Assembly (NCBI GenBank): GCA_963765675.1
Contig: CAVXXK010000001.1
Span: forward strand, 1,568,001-1,632,000
DNA from: an uncultured delta proteobacterium
GTDB taxonomy: Bacteria; Desulfobacterota; Binatia; Binatales; Binataceae
Reading direction: 5' to 3'
DNA: 64,000 bases
Shown: piece after piece, positions 31,655 to 41,249 of the stretch
How the letters are laid out: each line of letters opens with the position of its first letter
Numbering within the stretch: position 1 is the first letter of the stretch
Translations under genes and position numbers: made by a program
Notes under the pieces: model-generated
What the model was told of the DNA's origin: nothing
What the model saw: only the letters and a program-made list of their open reading frames with translations
Database searches by the model: none

Positions 31655-32020
31655 TCACGAGACGAAAGCTGATTGTGACGAGCCGCGCCCGCGACTGTTG
31701 CGCAACGGCCGTCCACGCCGATGCGATGTCGAGCGTGGGACGAAATCGATCTTTAGGCTCGCGCCTAGCGCTCGCGCGGTCCTTGCGAGCGTCTTTAGGG
31801 TCAGATTGTTGAGTTTGCCCGATTCGATTTGCGCGATCATCGGCTGACTGACGCCTGAACGCCGAGCCAGCGCGGCCTGAGTAAGTCCGCGGCGTTTGCG
31901 CAATGCGGCGATTTTGTGTTCGATCAGAATCTGAGCCAATTCGTCATCGACTTCACGACGAAGACCAAGCTCATTGACCTTTTTTTCGAGCAATGCCAGC
32001 CCGGGATTTTTGGAATTCAT
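31655..32020 (-). CDS. XRE-family HTH antitoxin (HigA-like)
   Basis: LRKRRGLTQAALARRSGVSQPMIAQIESG; downstream of the toxin. Confidence 0.85.
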   Translation of the reverse strand: MNSKNPGLALLEKKVNELGLRREVDDELAQILIEHKIAALRKRRGLTQAALARRSGVSQPMIAQIESGKLNNLTLKTLARTARALGASLKIDFVPRSTSHRRGRPLRNSRGRGSSQSAFVS

Positions 32021-32348
32021 CTTGAGCCTCCTTCAATCTCGCGCGCATCAAGCGCAGCACATCGACTGGAGTATCAGTTCGTTTCTTGACATAGCCGCCG
32101 ACCAACACGGCGCGTCGCCCGGGCAGGAATCCATAATATATCCGTACCCGCGTGCCACGGAGTTCAAACAGACCGCCGTCGAGGGATTTCGACCGCGGCG
32201 GACGCATCTGGTTTCCCAGAGTGCGAAGGGCTCCGGTCAAAACCGCTGCGTCCTTGATATCCTTCGCGTCGGCGAGGTCGGCAACGAACTCGGCGAAGCT
32301 TGATTGGCCTCCGGCCGTCAGGTGCTCGTGGACCGCCCAGTCCGGCAT
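31971..32348 (-). CDS. RelE/ParE-superfamily toxin (Gp49/HigB-like)
   Basis: PRSKSLDGGLFELR, RIYYGF, GYVKKRTDTP; toxin-first gene order. Confidence 0.82.
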   Translation of the reverse strand: MPDWAVHEHLTAGGQSSFAEFVADLADAKDIKDAAVLTGALRTLGNQMRPPRSKSLDGGLFELRGTRVRIYYGFLPGRRAVLVGGYVKKRTDTPVDVLRLMRARLKEAQDEFQKSRAGIARKKGQ

Positions 32349-32354
32349 GCCATG

Positions 32355-32383
32355 ATCATAAGGTATACCTTATTCGATCGCAA
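32355..32383 (-). promoter_or_regulatory. TA promoter with palindromic operator, probably leaderless
   Basis: TTGCGA-N17-TATGAT ending 6 nt before the ATG; perfect palindrome ATAAGGTATACCTTAT at 32358-32373. Confidence 0.72.
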
Positions 32384-32407
32384 CCGTCATCATTCCACTG
32401 CAGCCGC

Positions 32408-32440
32408 AAAAAAGGCGCCGCGAGGTTGGTCGCGGCGCCT
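32408..32440 (-). terminator. Rho-independent terminator after ahcY
   Basis: AGGCGCCGCGA stem followed by a T-run on the minus strand. Confidence 0.82.
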
Positions 32441-32469
32441 GTCGAGTTAGCTAGTTCGAAATTGGTATT

Positions 32470-33795
32470 TCAGGTGCCCGATTCCCAGCTCTCCAAATAC
32501 TTCTTCTGCTCGGCGGTCAGCGTGTCGATGCGGATTCCCATCGCGGCGAGCTTCACTTCCGCGACGTCCTGCTCGATCTCGAGCGGGACGTTGTGCACCT
32601 TGGCCGGAAGCTGCTCGCTGGTCGCGACCCATTCCGAGGCGAGCGCCTGCGTCGCAAAGCTCATGTCCATCACCTGCGCGGGATGGCCCTCGGCGCACGC
32701 GAGATTCACCAGCCGCCCTTGTCCGAGAATATAGAGCGTGCGGCCGTTGGAGAGGTGGTATGAGTCGACGTTCTTGTTGACGTCGTGTTCGATCGACTTG
32801 GCCGCGTCGGTCAGATAAGCCATGTCGATCTCGACGTCGAAGTGGCCCGAGTTGCACAGAATCGCGCCGTCTTTCATCGCGGTGAAATGCTGCGCGGCGA
32901 GCACGTGCTTGTCGCCGGTGGCGGTCACGAAGATATCGCCGACCTTGGCCGCGTCGATCATCTTCATTACCCGGAACCCGTCCATCGCGGCTTCGATCGC
33001 GCGAATCGGATCGACTTCGGTCACGATCACGTCGGCGCCAAGCCCGCGCGCGCGAGAGGCGATCCCGCGCCCGCAGTAGCCGTAGCCGCCGACCACGACG
33101 ACCGAGCCCGCGATCAGCACGCCGCTGGCGCGGATGATTCCGTCGAGCGTCGATTGCCCGGTCCCGTAGCGGTTGTCGAACAGATGCTTGGTCTGCGCGT
33201 CGTTGACCGCGACGACCGGAATCTTGAGCGCGTGATCTTTTTCCATCGCGCGCAGCCGGATTACGCCGGTGGTGGTCTCCTCCATGCTGGCGAAGACTTC
33301 CTCGGCGCTGTCTTTGTATTCGGTGTGAAGCAGGCTCACCAGATCCGCGCCGTCATCCATCGTGATGGTTGGTCTGCGATCGAGCACCGCGCGCAGATGG
33401 CTGTAATACGTATCGCGATCTTCGTCGTGAATCGCGTAGGTCGGGATGCCGAATTCGGCGACCAGCGCCGCGGCGACGTCGTCTTGGGTCGAGAGCGGAT
33501 TCGACGCGCAGCAGAAAACTTCGGCGCCTCCCGCCTTGAGCGCGCGGAGCAGGTTGGCGGTTTCGCAGGTGATATGCAGGCACGCGCCCATCCTCTGTCC
33601 CTTGAGCGGCTGTTCTTTGGAGAACCGCTCGCGGATACGCCGCAGCACCGGCATCTGGCGGTCGGCCCACTCGATGCGTTTTTTTCCGGCCGCGGCCAGT
33701 CCCAGGTCGCGCACGTCGTGATCGCCCGCGCCGGAATTGGCGCGTGTCTTTTGCGCGGCCTTGGGCATAACTTTACGCTTGGCGATTGATCCCAT
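32470..33795 (-). CDS. ahcY: Adenosylhomocysteinase
   Basis: SNPLSTQD, EETTTG, KHLFDNRYGTGQS, GHFDVEI, GHPAQVMDMSF. Confidence 0.97.
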   Translation of the reverse strand: MGSIAKRKVMPKAAQKTRANSGAGDHDVRDLGLAAAGKKRIEWADRQMPVLRRIRERFSKEQPLKGQRMGACLHITCETANLLRALKAGGAEVFCCASNPLSTQDDVAAALVAEFGIPTYAIHDEDRDTYYSHLRAVLDRRPTITMDDGADLVSLLHTEYKDSAEEVFASMEETTTGVIRLRAMEKDHALKIPVVAVNDAQTKHLFDNRYGTGQSTLDGIIRASGVLIAGSVVVVGGYGYCGRGIASRARGLGADVIVTEVDPIRAIEAAMDGFRVMKMIDAAKVGDIFVTATGDKHVLAAQHFTAMKDGAILCNSGHFDVEIDMAYLTDAAKSIEHDVNKNVDSYHLSNGRTLYILGQGRLVNLACAEGHPAQVMDMSFATQALASEWVATSEQLPAKVHNVPLEIEQDVAEVKLAAMGIRIDTLTAEQKKYLESWESGT

Positions 33796-33840
33796 CGTGA
33801 TTGTGTCCTTTATGCGGGGTGAAGACTTGAATCGATCCGT

Positions 33841-35025
33841 TTAGCGCTTCGCGACTCCAAACGCACTGTGCAGACGCTCGGCCATGTCGATACGCTCCCA
33901 CGGGAAAAGTCCGTCGTGAGGTTTGCGGCCGAAATGGCCGTAGGCGGCGGTCGCCTGGTAAATCGGACGCTTCAGAGTGAGCGTGCGGATAATTCCCGCC
34001 GGGCGGAAATCGAACAGCTCGCGCAGCGTTGACGAGAGCTTCGCATCCGGCACCACGCCGGTATCGAACGTGTCGATCAGAATCGAAACCGGTTCCGCGA
34101 CGCCGATCGCGTAAGCGACCTGGATTTCGCACTTTTTCGCGAGGCCCGCGGCGACCACATTCTTCGCCACGTAGCGCGCGAAGTAGCATGCCGAGCGATC
34201 GACCTTGCTCGGATCCTTGCCCGAGAACGCGCCGCCGCCGTGGCGTCCGTAGCCGCCGTAAGTATCGACGATAATCTTGCGCCCGGTCAGCCCGCAGTCG
34301 CCGTGCGGTCCTCCGATCACGAAGCTGCCAGTAGGGTTGACGTGATACACCGTCTGCTTGGTCAGATATTCAGCCGGAATAGTCTGCTTGATCAGTTCTT
34401 CGATTACGGTTTCGCGGATGGTTTCGTACTTGACCTCCGGTGAATGCTGGGTCGAGATTACCACCGCCGTGATCTCGACCGGGCGGCCGTCAACGTAGCG
34501 CACCGTGACCTGGCTCTTCGCGTCGGGACGCAGCCAGTTGACGCGCCGGTCCTTGCGCATCTTCGCCAGGTTCTCCATCAAGTGATGCGCCATCGCGATC
34601 GGCATCGGCATCAGCTCGGGCGTCTCGTCGCACGCGAATCCGAACATCAACCCCTGGTCGCCGGCGCCCTGTTCCTTGTGCAGTCCTTCGCCTTCAGTCA
34701 CGCCCTGCGAGATGTCGGTCGATTGCGGCTCGATCGCCATCATTACCGCGCAGGTCTTGCCGTCGAAACCCGACTCGACGCTGTCGTAGCCGATCTCCAG
34801 CGCGACCTTGCGCGCGATACTCACAAAGTCTGGATGCGCATGGCTGGTGATTTCGCCGGCCAAAACGATAAGCCCGGTCTTGGCCAGGGTTTCGAGCGCG
34901 ACCCGCGAATTCGGATCGTCGGCGATGAGCGAGTCGAGCACTGCGTCCGAGATTTGATCGCACATCTTGTCGGGATGGCCCTCGGAGACTGATTCGGACG
35001 TGAACAGGTAATCCTTAAGCGGCAT
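33841..35025 (-). CDS. metK: S-adenosylmethionine synthase
   Basis: [35 protein letters not shown]. Confidence 0.97.
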   Translation of the reverse strand: MPLKDYLFTSESVSEGHPDKMCDQISDAVLDSLIADDPNSRVALETLAKTGLIVLAGEITSHAHPDFVSIARKVALEIGYDSVESGFDGKTCAVMMAIEPQSTDISQGVTEGEGLHKEQGAGDQGLMFGFACDETPELMPMPIAMAHHLMENLAKMRKDRRVNWLRPDAKSQVTVRYVDGRPVEITAVVISTQHSPEVKYETIRETVIEELIKQTIPAEYLTKQTVYHVNPTGSFVIGGPHGDCGLTGRKIIVDTYGGYGRHGGGAFSGKDPSKVDRSACYFARYVAKNVVAAGLAKKCEIQVAYAIGVAEPVSILIDTFDTGVVPDAKLSSTLRELFDFRPAGIIRTLTLKRPIYQATAAYGHFGRKPHDGLFPWERIDMAERLHSAFGVAKR

Positions 35026-35268
35026 GCGCGATGGCTCCTTGAGACCGGACTTGACCGGCATTTATCTCCGGATTGGATCCGGCGACGGGACGCGGAAGCG
35101 AAGATTCAAAATCGTCTGAAGTGCGATTGCGGGCCGCTCGATCGCACCCGTGAAGGCGTCTTAGTCCGGTAGGGTTGCGAGCAACCCGGATTGCATAGTT
35201 TTCGAAGATATAACCGACGCATGGTAGCGGATCAAGGCAGCGGTTTGGAGCGATTTGAGCCAGCGGCA

Positions 35269-35550
35269 TCATTCCTCGCCAAAACGCTCTTCAAACAACG
35301 TTTCGATCGTTTTGATCGCCTCGCGTGCATCTTCGCCCTCGGCATGCAGCTTGAGCTTCACGCCCAGCTCCGCCCCCAGCATCATCAGGCTGGTGACGCT
35401 CTTGACGTTCACCTGATCTTTTCCGCGGCCGATCGTGATGCGCGCCTTGAACTTGCCCGCCGCCTGCGCCAGCGTCGACGCGGCCCGCAGATGCAATCCG
35501 AGTTGGTTCTTGATTTCGACTGTCGCCTCCACCGCATTCACGCGATCCAA
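35269..35550 (-). CDS. ptsH: Phosphocarrier protein HPr
   Basis: NQLGLHLRAA, NVKSVTSLMML. Confidence 0.9.
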   Translation of the reverse strand: MDRVNAVEATVEIKNQLGLHLRAASTLAQAAGKFKARITIGRGKDQVNVKSVTSLMMLGAELGVKLKLHAEGEDAREAIKTIETLFEERFGEE

Positions 35551-35592
35551 GATACGGGGAAGCAGCGCGCAGGTAAACGAAGACGCTCCGCG

Positions 35593-36603
35593 TCAGTCGC
35601 GCGGTTCAGCGGAGATCTCCTTGCTGAACAGCTCCCGCAGACGGGTTTCGATCGCGCGGTCGCGGATACTGCCTTCGCGTTTGGCCCACGCGCGCAAGGG
35701 GATGACGGCTTTGGCCATGTTGCGATGTCCCCCGGCGCTGCCGATATCGCCGAACAGGTTCTTGGCAGCTTCACCGGCGTTGTCGCGTCCGGTCCCATAG
35801 CTGCGCACCGCGATAACCAGGTCGCGGCCGAGCTTGCCGGCGATCGCGACCCATTCCACGCCCTCGAACTGCAGGCAGAAATCCGCCGTCTGCACGATCA
35901 TGTCGTCACGCTCGACCCGGCCCAGGCAGGCCGCGATCAAGCGATCGCGAAACTCAATTCGCCCCATCACGCGCGCGACCACTTTTGCAAAGCTCTGAGG
36001 AATTTCGGGCCGGTCGATCTGCCGGAGCATGTTCAGGTTGGCGATAGGATACAGATGCACCAGCGCCTGCAGCACGTCGTCTGTCACCCGGCGCGACAGC
36101 GCGAGCGAATCGGTCCGGATGCCGTAGAGCAGGGCGGTCGCGAGTCGCTCGCTGATCTTCTCGCCGTCGGCCACCATGTATTCCGTCATTATCGAGGCGG
36201 TTGCGCCGTATTTGACCCGCACGTCCTCAAACGGTGCGCTGCCGGGGGTGTAACCGGGATGATGATCGATCACGATATCCGCGCGCGGCAGCTTGCCCTC
36301 GAAGTAGGCGGGCTGCACGTCGACCATCGCGATTTTGTCGAACACCGCGAGCGCCTCGGTGGTGGCCGGCATGATCGAGATTTCGAGCAGATGCACCATC
36401 GTGCGGTTCTCCGGCCTGGTCACCGGCTTGAAGCTGAAAAACGGCGTGGTCTGGCGATTGCGCCCCAAAAGCGTCCGCAGCGCCATCGCACTCGACATCG
36501 CGTCGGGGTCCGGATCGTCTTGCAATACAATCGCAATCCGATCGCCCTCGCCGACTATCGCGCGCAATTCGCGGAGTTTTTGCTTAGTGTCAGGTTGATC
36601 CAT
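35593..36603 (-). CDS. DHH/DHHA1 family phosphoesterase
   Basis: PDPDA, IDHH, YGIRTD, SAGGH. Confidence 0.9.
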   Translation of the reverse strand: MDQPDTKQKLRELRAIVGEGDRIAIVLQDDPDPDAMSSAMALRTLLGRNRQTTPFFSFKPVTRPENRTMVHLLEISIMPATTEALAVFDKIAMVDVQPAYFEGKLPRADIVIDHHPGYTPGSAPFEDVRVKYGATASIMTEYMVADGEKISERLATALLYGIRTDSLALSRRVTDDVLQALVHLYPIANLNMLRQIDRPEIPQSFAKVVARVMGRIEFRDRLIAACLGRVERDDMIVQTADFCLQFEGVEWVAIAGKLGRDLVIAVRSYGTGRDNAGEAAKNLFGDIGSAGGHRNMAKAVIPLRAWAKREGSIRDRAIETRLRELFSKEISAEPRD

Positions 36604-36774
36604 ATACGAACGCTTGGCGGATGCTCCGCAAGCTTGTGCTTACCTCGGGTTGAACGATCCGTTGAAACAGAAGGCGCGCCTGGCGCCGATAGATGTGCCC
36701 GCCGGGGGCTGCATGAGCTTTCGGGGATACCACAGCCTCGCGCGACGAATCAATGCTATAGATTAAACACCCCC

Positions 36775-37035
36775 ATGGAGACGCCACCAGAATCATCGTC
36801 GAAAAAAGCAACCGCGCTCGAACCGTGCCTCCTGTGCCGCAGACCCGCGCAGGAGTGGCTCTTGCGTATCGCGATCGAGGATACGGGCGGCCTCAAGCAG
36901 GAGGGCTTTATCTGCGCCAACTGCGCGGTTAAGCTCAGGCTCGCCTCTGAAAAAAATCGCGACCTGCAAATCGACCCATGGATTCACGACGCGATCGCGC
37001 ACATCCTGCGCGGTGTGCAGAGCGAGCAATCCTGA
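36775..37035 (+). CDS. Small hypothetical protein with two CxxC motifs
   Basis: CLLC...CANC; fills the gap upstream of lysS. Confidence 0.6.
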   Translation: METPPESSSKKATALEPCLLCRRPAQEWLLRIAIEDTGGLKQEGFICANCAVKLRLASEKNRDLQIDPWIHDAIAHILRGVQSEQS

Positions 37036-37062
37036 ACGAACCTTCTCGAAGGAATACGATCG

Positions 37063-38682
37063 ATGGCGTCTGGCCCGGAACAATCTCACCAGAATTCTCC
37101 GCAAAGTAGCGACCTGTGGCCGCATGAGGAAGCCGCGCGCGTAGCCGACCGCGTCCGCGCCTATCCGCCAGGGCGTCCGGTCATTTTCCAGAGCGGATTC
37201 GGACCCTCGGGCCTGCCGCATCTGGGCACGATGTGCGAAGTGTTGCGCCCCTCTTACGTGCGACACGCACTTGCGATGCGCGAGCCGAATCGCCCGTCGC
37301 GCCTGATCGTTTTCATCGACGACATGGACGGCTTGCGCAAGGTTCCCGAGAACGTGCCCAATCGCGAGCTGATGCAGTCGCATCTGGGCGAGCCTGTCTC
37401 GCGGATTCCGGATCCTTTCGGATGCTGCCAGAGCTTCGCCGATCACATGCTCGGACTTCTACGCGAATTTCTCGCTCCGGTCGAAGTCGATTACGAGTTG
37501 GTGCGCTCCTCCGAGATGTATAGCGGCGGCAGCTTCGATGAGGGACTGAAGATTATTCTCGCGAAGCATCGCGAGATAATCGCGATCGTCACGCCGACGC
37601 TACGTCCGGAAAATCGCGCGGGATGGTCTCCGATCATGCCGCTATGCCCGAATTGCGGGCAGATCGTCGAGCGTTCGGTGACCGCGTATCATCCCGAGCG
37701 CAACACGATCGAGTTCATCTGCGAGCGCAGCGCCAAGGCGAAGCAGGGATGCGGCTTCACCGGCGAGCAGAGCGTGCTCGGTGGCCTCGCTAAAGCGCAG
37801 TGGAAGGTCGATTGGGCGCTCAGGTGGTTCACGCTCAAGGTCGATTACGAGCTTTACGGAAAGGACCTGACCCCCTCGGCGCAACTGTCGGCGCCGATCG
37901 TTCGTATCATGGGCGGCAATCCGCCGCTCGGCTTTCCATTCGAGATGTTCCTCGACGAGCAGGGGCACAAGGTCTCGAAATCGGTCGGCCGTGGGGTCAG
38001 CGTCGATCAATGGCAGCGCTACGCGCCGGTGGAAGTGCTGAAATTTTTTCTGCTGCAGAATCCTCGGCGCGCGCGGAAGCTTTTCCTCGAATCGATTCCA
38101 CAATACGTCGACGACTATCTCGAGGCACTGCGCGAATACGCCGCCGCACCCAATTCGGAATCACGTGCCGACTCGCCGCTCGAGTTCGTGCTGCAGAAGG
38201 AGAGCCCGCGCCGCTTCGACTCGCAGCTTTCGTTCGGGATGATGATGAACCTGGTCGGCGCGCTCGGCAGCTCGGACCGCGACTTTATCTGGAACTACCT
38301 GAAAGGCTATGACGCGGCGATAGCAGGCGATCCTGAAACCGCCGCGATGGGCCGCGCGCTGATGGATTGCGCGCTCAACTTCTATCGCGACTTTGTCGAG
38401 CCCGGCAAAACGCCTTACGCTCCCAGTGTCGCCGAAACCGGCCAGCTACAGAGCCTCGCAGATTTCCTGCGCGCGAACCCCGGCGCCGCCGCCGAGGAGA
38501 TCGAGAAAATCATCTATGATCTTGGCCGCGCAAATTACGAGAAGCCCGGCAAAATTTTTCCGCTGATGTATCGCGCGATCCTGGGTCAGGAGCGCGGCCC
38601 GCGATTGGGCGCCTTCATCCGCCTGGCCACTCCCGCACGAATAATCCAGCTCCTGGAATCCGCAATCACCCGCGCCACCTGA
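37063..38682 (+). CDS. lysS: Lysine--tRNA ligase, class I
   Basis: SGFGPSGLPHLGT, DDMDGLRKVP, QWKVDWALRW, KVSKSVG, GPRLGAFI. Confidence 0.95.
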   Translation: MASGPEQSHQNSPQSSDLWPHEEAARVADRVRAYPPGRPVIFQSGFGPSGLPHLGTMCEVLRPSYVRHALAMREPNRPSRLIVFIDDMDGLRKVPENVPNRELMQSHLGEPVSRIPDPFGCCQSFADHMLGLLREFLAPVEVDYELVRSSEMYSGGSFDEGLKIILAKHREIIAIVTPTLRPENRAGWSPIMPLCPNCGQIVERSVTAYHPERNTIEFICERSAKAKQGCGFTGEQSVLGGLAKAQWKVDWALRWFTLKVDYELYGKDLTPSAQLSAPIVRIMGGNPPLGFPFEMFLDEQGHKVSKSVGRGVSVDQWQRYAPVEVLKFFLLQNPRRARKLFLESIPQYVDDYLEALREYAAAPNSESRADSPLEFVLQKESPRRFDSQLSFGMMMNLVGALGSSDRDFIWNYLKGYDAAIAGDPETAAMGRALMDCALNFYRDFVEPGKTPYAPSVAETGQLQSLADFLRANPGAAAEEIEKIIYDLGRANYEKPGKIFPLMYRAILGQERGPRLGAFIRLATPARIIQLLESAITRAT

Positions 38683-38707
38683 TCTCTTCGATCCGAGCCG
38701 CCGGATG

Positions 38708-39241
38708 GTCCCTCTCCCAACAAGATTGGGAGAGGGTGGCGCGCGTTGCGCGCGACGGGTGAGGGACCTACAGCAAGGATTCTTTGATCCTTTCGAGCGC
38801 TGCCGTCATGTCGCGCAGCAAGTCGGGGTTCCAAAAGCGGATCACGCGGAAGCCCTGAGCTTCCAGATAGCGCGTGCGTTCGGAATCGTGTTCGGTCTGT
38901 TCCAGATGCTGGCCGCCGTCCAGTTCGACGATCAGTCTGCGCTCAAGACAGCAGAAATCGGCAATGAACGGTCCGATCGGAACCTGCCGGCGAAACTTGA
39001 AGCCGGCACAGCGGCGGCCGCGGAGCTTGTTCCAAAGCGCCTGTTCGGCGTCGGTTTGGGTGCGGCGCAGAGATCTCGCGCGGTCGCGAGTCAGTTCCGG
39101 AGGTCGGTTCATACAAGCGGAGATCATCGCAGCGAGAGCGTCCGGATTTCAATGCTGTAGGTCCCTCACCCGCGCGTCACGGCGATTGCCAAAAAAGAGC
39201 AATCGCCGCGCCGCCCTCTCCCAAACGATAGGGAGAGGGAC
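38708..39241. mobile_element. Inverted-repeat cassette carrying a DUF559 nuclease gene
   Basis: Terminal GTCCCTCTCCC / GGGAGAGGGAC; perfect 20-bp inner IR at 38756-38775/39153-39172; hairpins in both arms. Mobility is inferred. Confidence 0.65.
38768..39112 (-). CDS. DUF559 (Vsr-like) endonuclease domain protein
   Basis: RARSLRRTQTDAE, FRRQVPIGPFIADF, LIVELDGGQH, GFRVIRFWN. Confidence 0.92.
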   Translation of the reverse strand: MNRPPELTRDRARSLRRTQTDAEQALWNKLRGRRCAGFKFRRQVPIGPFIADFCCLERRLIVELDGGQHLEQTEHDSERTRYLEAQGFRVIRFWNPDLLRDMTAALERIKESLL

Positions 39242-39375
39242 AATCACGGAGAACACGCGCGCAGCTTGGCAACCGTTCCAATTATTTCCGCTCTTCTGTG
39301 TTTCCTCTTACCCTGCTAGACAGATAGCTCGGAACCTACACATTAACCCTGCAACAACCGAGCGAGAAATCAACA

Positions 39376-39480
39376 ATGGCAAGCGAACGGCAACGAAGTA
39401 TCAAGCGGCGGCGCAAGCGCAAAGAGACACGACTCAAGGCCAAGATTCGCGAGTCGCGCAAGAAAAAGAAGAAGCGTTAG
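39376..39480 (+). CDS. Uncalled 34-aa Arg/Lys-rich small protein
   Basis: MASERQRSIKRRRKRKETRLKAKIRESRKKKKKR in an otherwise intergenic gap. Confidence 0.6.
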   Translation: MASERQRSIKRRRKRKETRLKAKIRESRKKKKKR

Positions 39481-39554
39481 CGCCGCGATCTTGCATTCGC
39501 ACCCGCGGCGCCGAGCCGAGGTGCGCGCGGAATTTCTGCACAGGAGTTTTTACG

Positions 39555-40376
39555 ATGGCATACGAGACCCTGCTCTATGAGACGAGCGGCGAGATTGCGA
39601 CGATCACGCTTAATCGTCCCGCCCGGATGAACGCCTACACCACCGAAATGGGCATCGAGATCGCCGACGCGATGCTGCGTGCCGACGCTGACCCGGCGGC
39701 GCGCGTGATTATCATGACCGGCGCCGGCAATCGCGCGTTCTGCGCGGGTGCGGACATGGCGATGTTCGCGTCCAACATCAAATCGCGCGAGGGCACCAAG
39801 TCCCAAGATTCCGAAGACGGCGGAGAGCGCCGGCGCGGCGCGATCTCCCTGCCGATGATCATGCGCGGGCTCAGCAAGCCGACTATTGCGGCCATCAACG
39901 GCTACGCGCTTGGCGTGGGATGCACCATACCGCTGCTGTTTGACGTCCGCGTCGCTTCCGACAACGCCAAGATGGGCGTGATCTTTCCGCGCGTCGGCCT
40001 GATGAGCGAGCTCGGCTCGAGCTACCTGATGCCGCGCCTGATCGGACTCGCGCGTACTGCCGAGATGATGCTGACCGGACGCCAATACAGCGCCGAGCAA
40101 TGCCTCGCGATGGGTCTGGTGAGCCAGGTGTTTCCCGCGGCCGAGCTGATGCCGAAAGCGCGCGAACTCGCGGGCGAGATGCTCGACTGTTCACCGTTGT
40201 CGCTCGCGATGACGCGCCGTGCGCTCTACCAGGGACTCGACGGCACGCTCGAAACCGCGATGCAGTTCGAGGGCTTCGCGCTCGAGAAATGTTACGTATC
40301 GCCCGAGCACAAGGAATACGTGAGTGCCTTCATGGAAAAACGCAAGCCCGACTTCCGCAAGATCAAACACGGCTAG
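39555..40376 (+). CDS. Enoyl-CoA hydratase/isomerase family protein
   Basis: TITLNRPARMNA, AFCAGAD, KPTIAAINGYALGVG; CAGGAG RBS. Confidence 0.93.
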   Translation: MAYETLLYETSGEIATITLNRPARMNAYTTEMGIEIADAMLRADADPAARVIIMTGAGNRAFCAGADMAMFASNIKSREGTKSQDSEDGGERRRGAISLPMIMRGLSKPTIAAINGYALGVGCTIPLLFDVRVASDNAKMGVIFPRVGLMSELGSSYLMPRLIGLARTAEMMLTGRQYSAEQCLAMGLVSQVFPAAELMPKARELAGEMLDCSPLSLAMTRRALYQGLDGTLETAMQFEGFALEKCYVSPEHKEYVSAFMEKRKPDFRKIKHG

Positions 40377-40526
40377 CGCGGGACGATGTGACGGCTTGAT
40401 TTAGGAGGTGCCCGGCGCTAAATTTGAATTTATTAGTTAGTTAGTCTCATAAATCACAAATAGCCGCGGAACGCCCGATTGCGACTGGCCCGCGCGGTGA
40501 AAAAAGCAAAGGAAGGTGTGACACAA

Positions 40527-41168
40527 ATGGCACTTCATCTCGGCAGCGAAGCTCCGGATTTCACTCAGGAATCCACCGAAGGACCGATCAAGTTTCATCA
40601 GTGGATTGGTAACCATTGGGCCGTTCTATTCTCTCATCCTGCGGATTTTACCCCGGTCTGCACGACCGAGCTCGGACGCGTCGCCGCACTCAAACCGGAG
40701 TTCGAGAAGCGCGACTGCAAGGTGCTGGCGGTGAGCGTCGATGGTGTGCCGTCGCACAAGGGATGGATCGGCGATATCGAGGACACGCAGAAGGTCAAGA
40801 TGAACTTCCCGATCCTCGCCGATCCCGATAAGAAGGTTGCGACGCTCTACGACATGATTCATCCCGAGTGGAACCACACGGCTACGGTCCGCTCAGTTTT
40901 CGTGATCGACAACAACAAGAAGATCCGCTTGGTTCTGACTTATCCAGCGAGCACCGGGCGCAACTTCGACGAGATTCTGCGCGCGATCGATTCGTTGCAG
41001 CTCACGGACAAGTACTCAGTCGCCACGCCGGTTGATTGGAAGCATGGCGAGGACGTGGTTATCGCACCGTCGATAAAGGATCCTGCCGTACTCAAGGAAA
41101 AGTTTCCGAAGGGCTACAAGGAGCTGCGGCCCTATCTGCGCCTGACGCCCGATCCTTCCAAAAAGTAA
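40527..41168 (+). CDS. 1-Cys peroxiredoxin (Prx6)
   Basis: FSHPADFTPVCTTE, YPASTGRNFDEILR. Confidence 0.95.
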   Translation: MALHLGSEAPDFTQESTEGPIKFHQWIGNHWAVLFSHPADFTPVCTTELGRVAALKPEFEKRDCKVLAVSVDGVPSHKGWIGDIEDTQKVKMNFPILADPDKKVATLYDMIHPEWNHTATVRSVFVIDNNKKIRLVLTYPASTGRNFDEILRAIDSLQLTDKYSVATPVDWKHGEDVVIAPSIKDPAVLKEKFPKGYKELRPYLRLTPDPSKK

Positions 41169-41193
41169 GCGCGATCGCGTAGCGCACAAAAGT

Positions 41194-41228
41194 AAAACCC
41201 GGCTCGAATCGTTCGAGCCGGGTTTTTT
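41194..41228. terminator. Bidirectional terminator
   Basis: AAAACCCGGCTCGAA-tcg-TTCGAGCCGGGTTTT between convergent genes. Confidence 0.85.
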
Positions 41229-41249
41229 CGTCGTGAAATTTGCGTGGTG

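Noticed and set aside
35030-35240. Annotation as a known SAM/SAH riboswitch or SRP RNA
   Set aside because: Consensus motifs not recognisable by eye; kept only as a candidate finding
35191-37035. 614-aa plus-strand ORF
   Set aside because: Mostly antisense to ptsH and the DHH gene; only the last 86 codons (from 36775) look like a real gene
38874-40376. 500-aa ORF suggesting an extended enoyl-CoA hydratase
   Set aside because: The extension crosses the antisense DUF559 gene and a repeat arm; a good RBS and ATG exist at 39555
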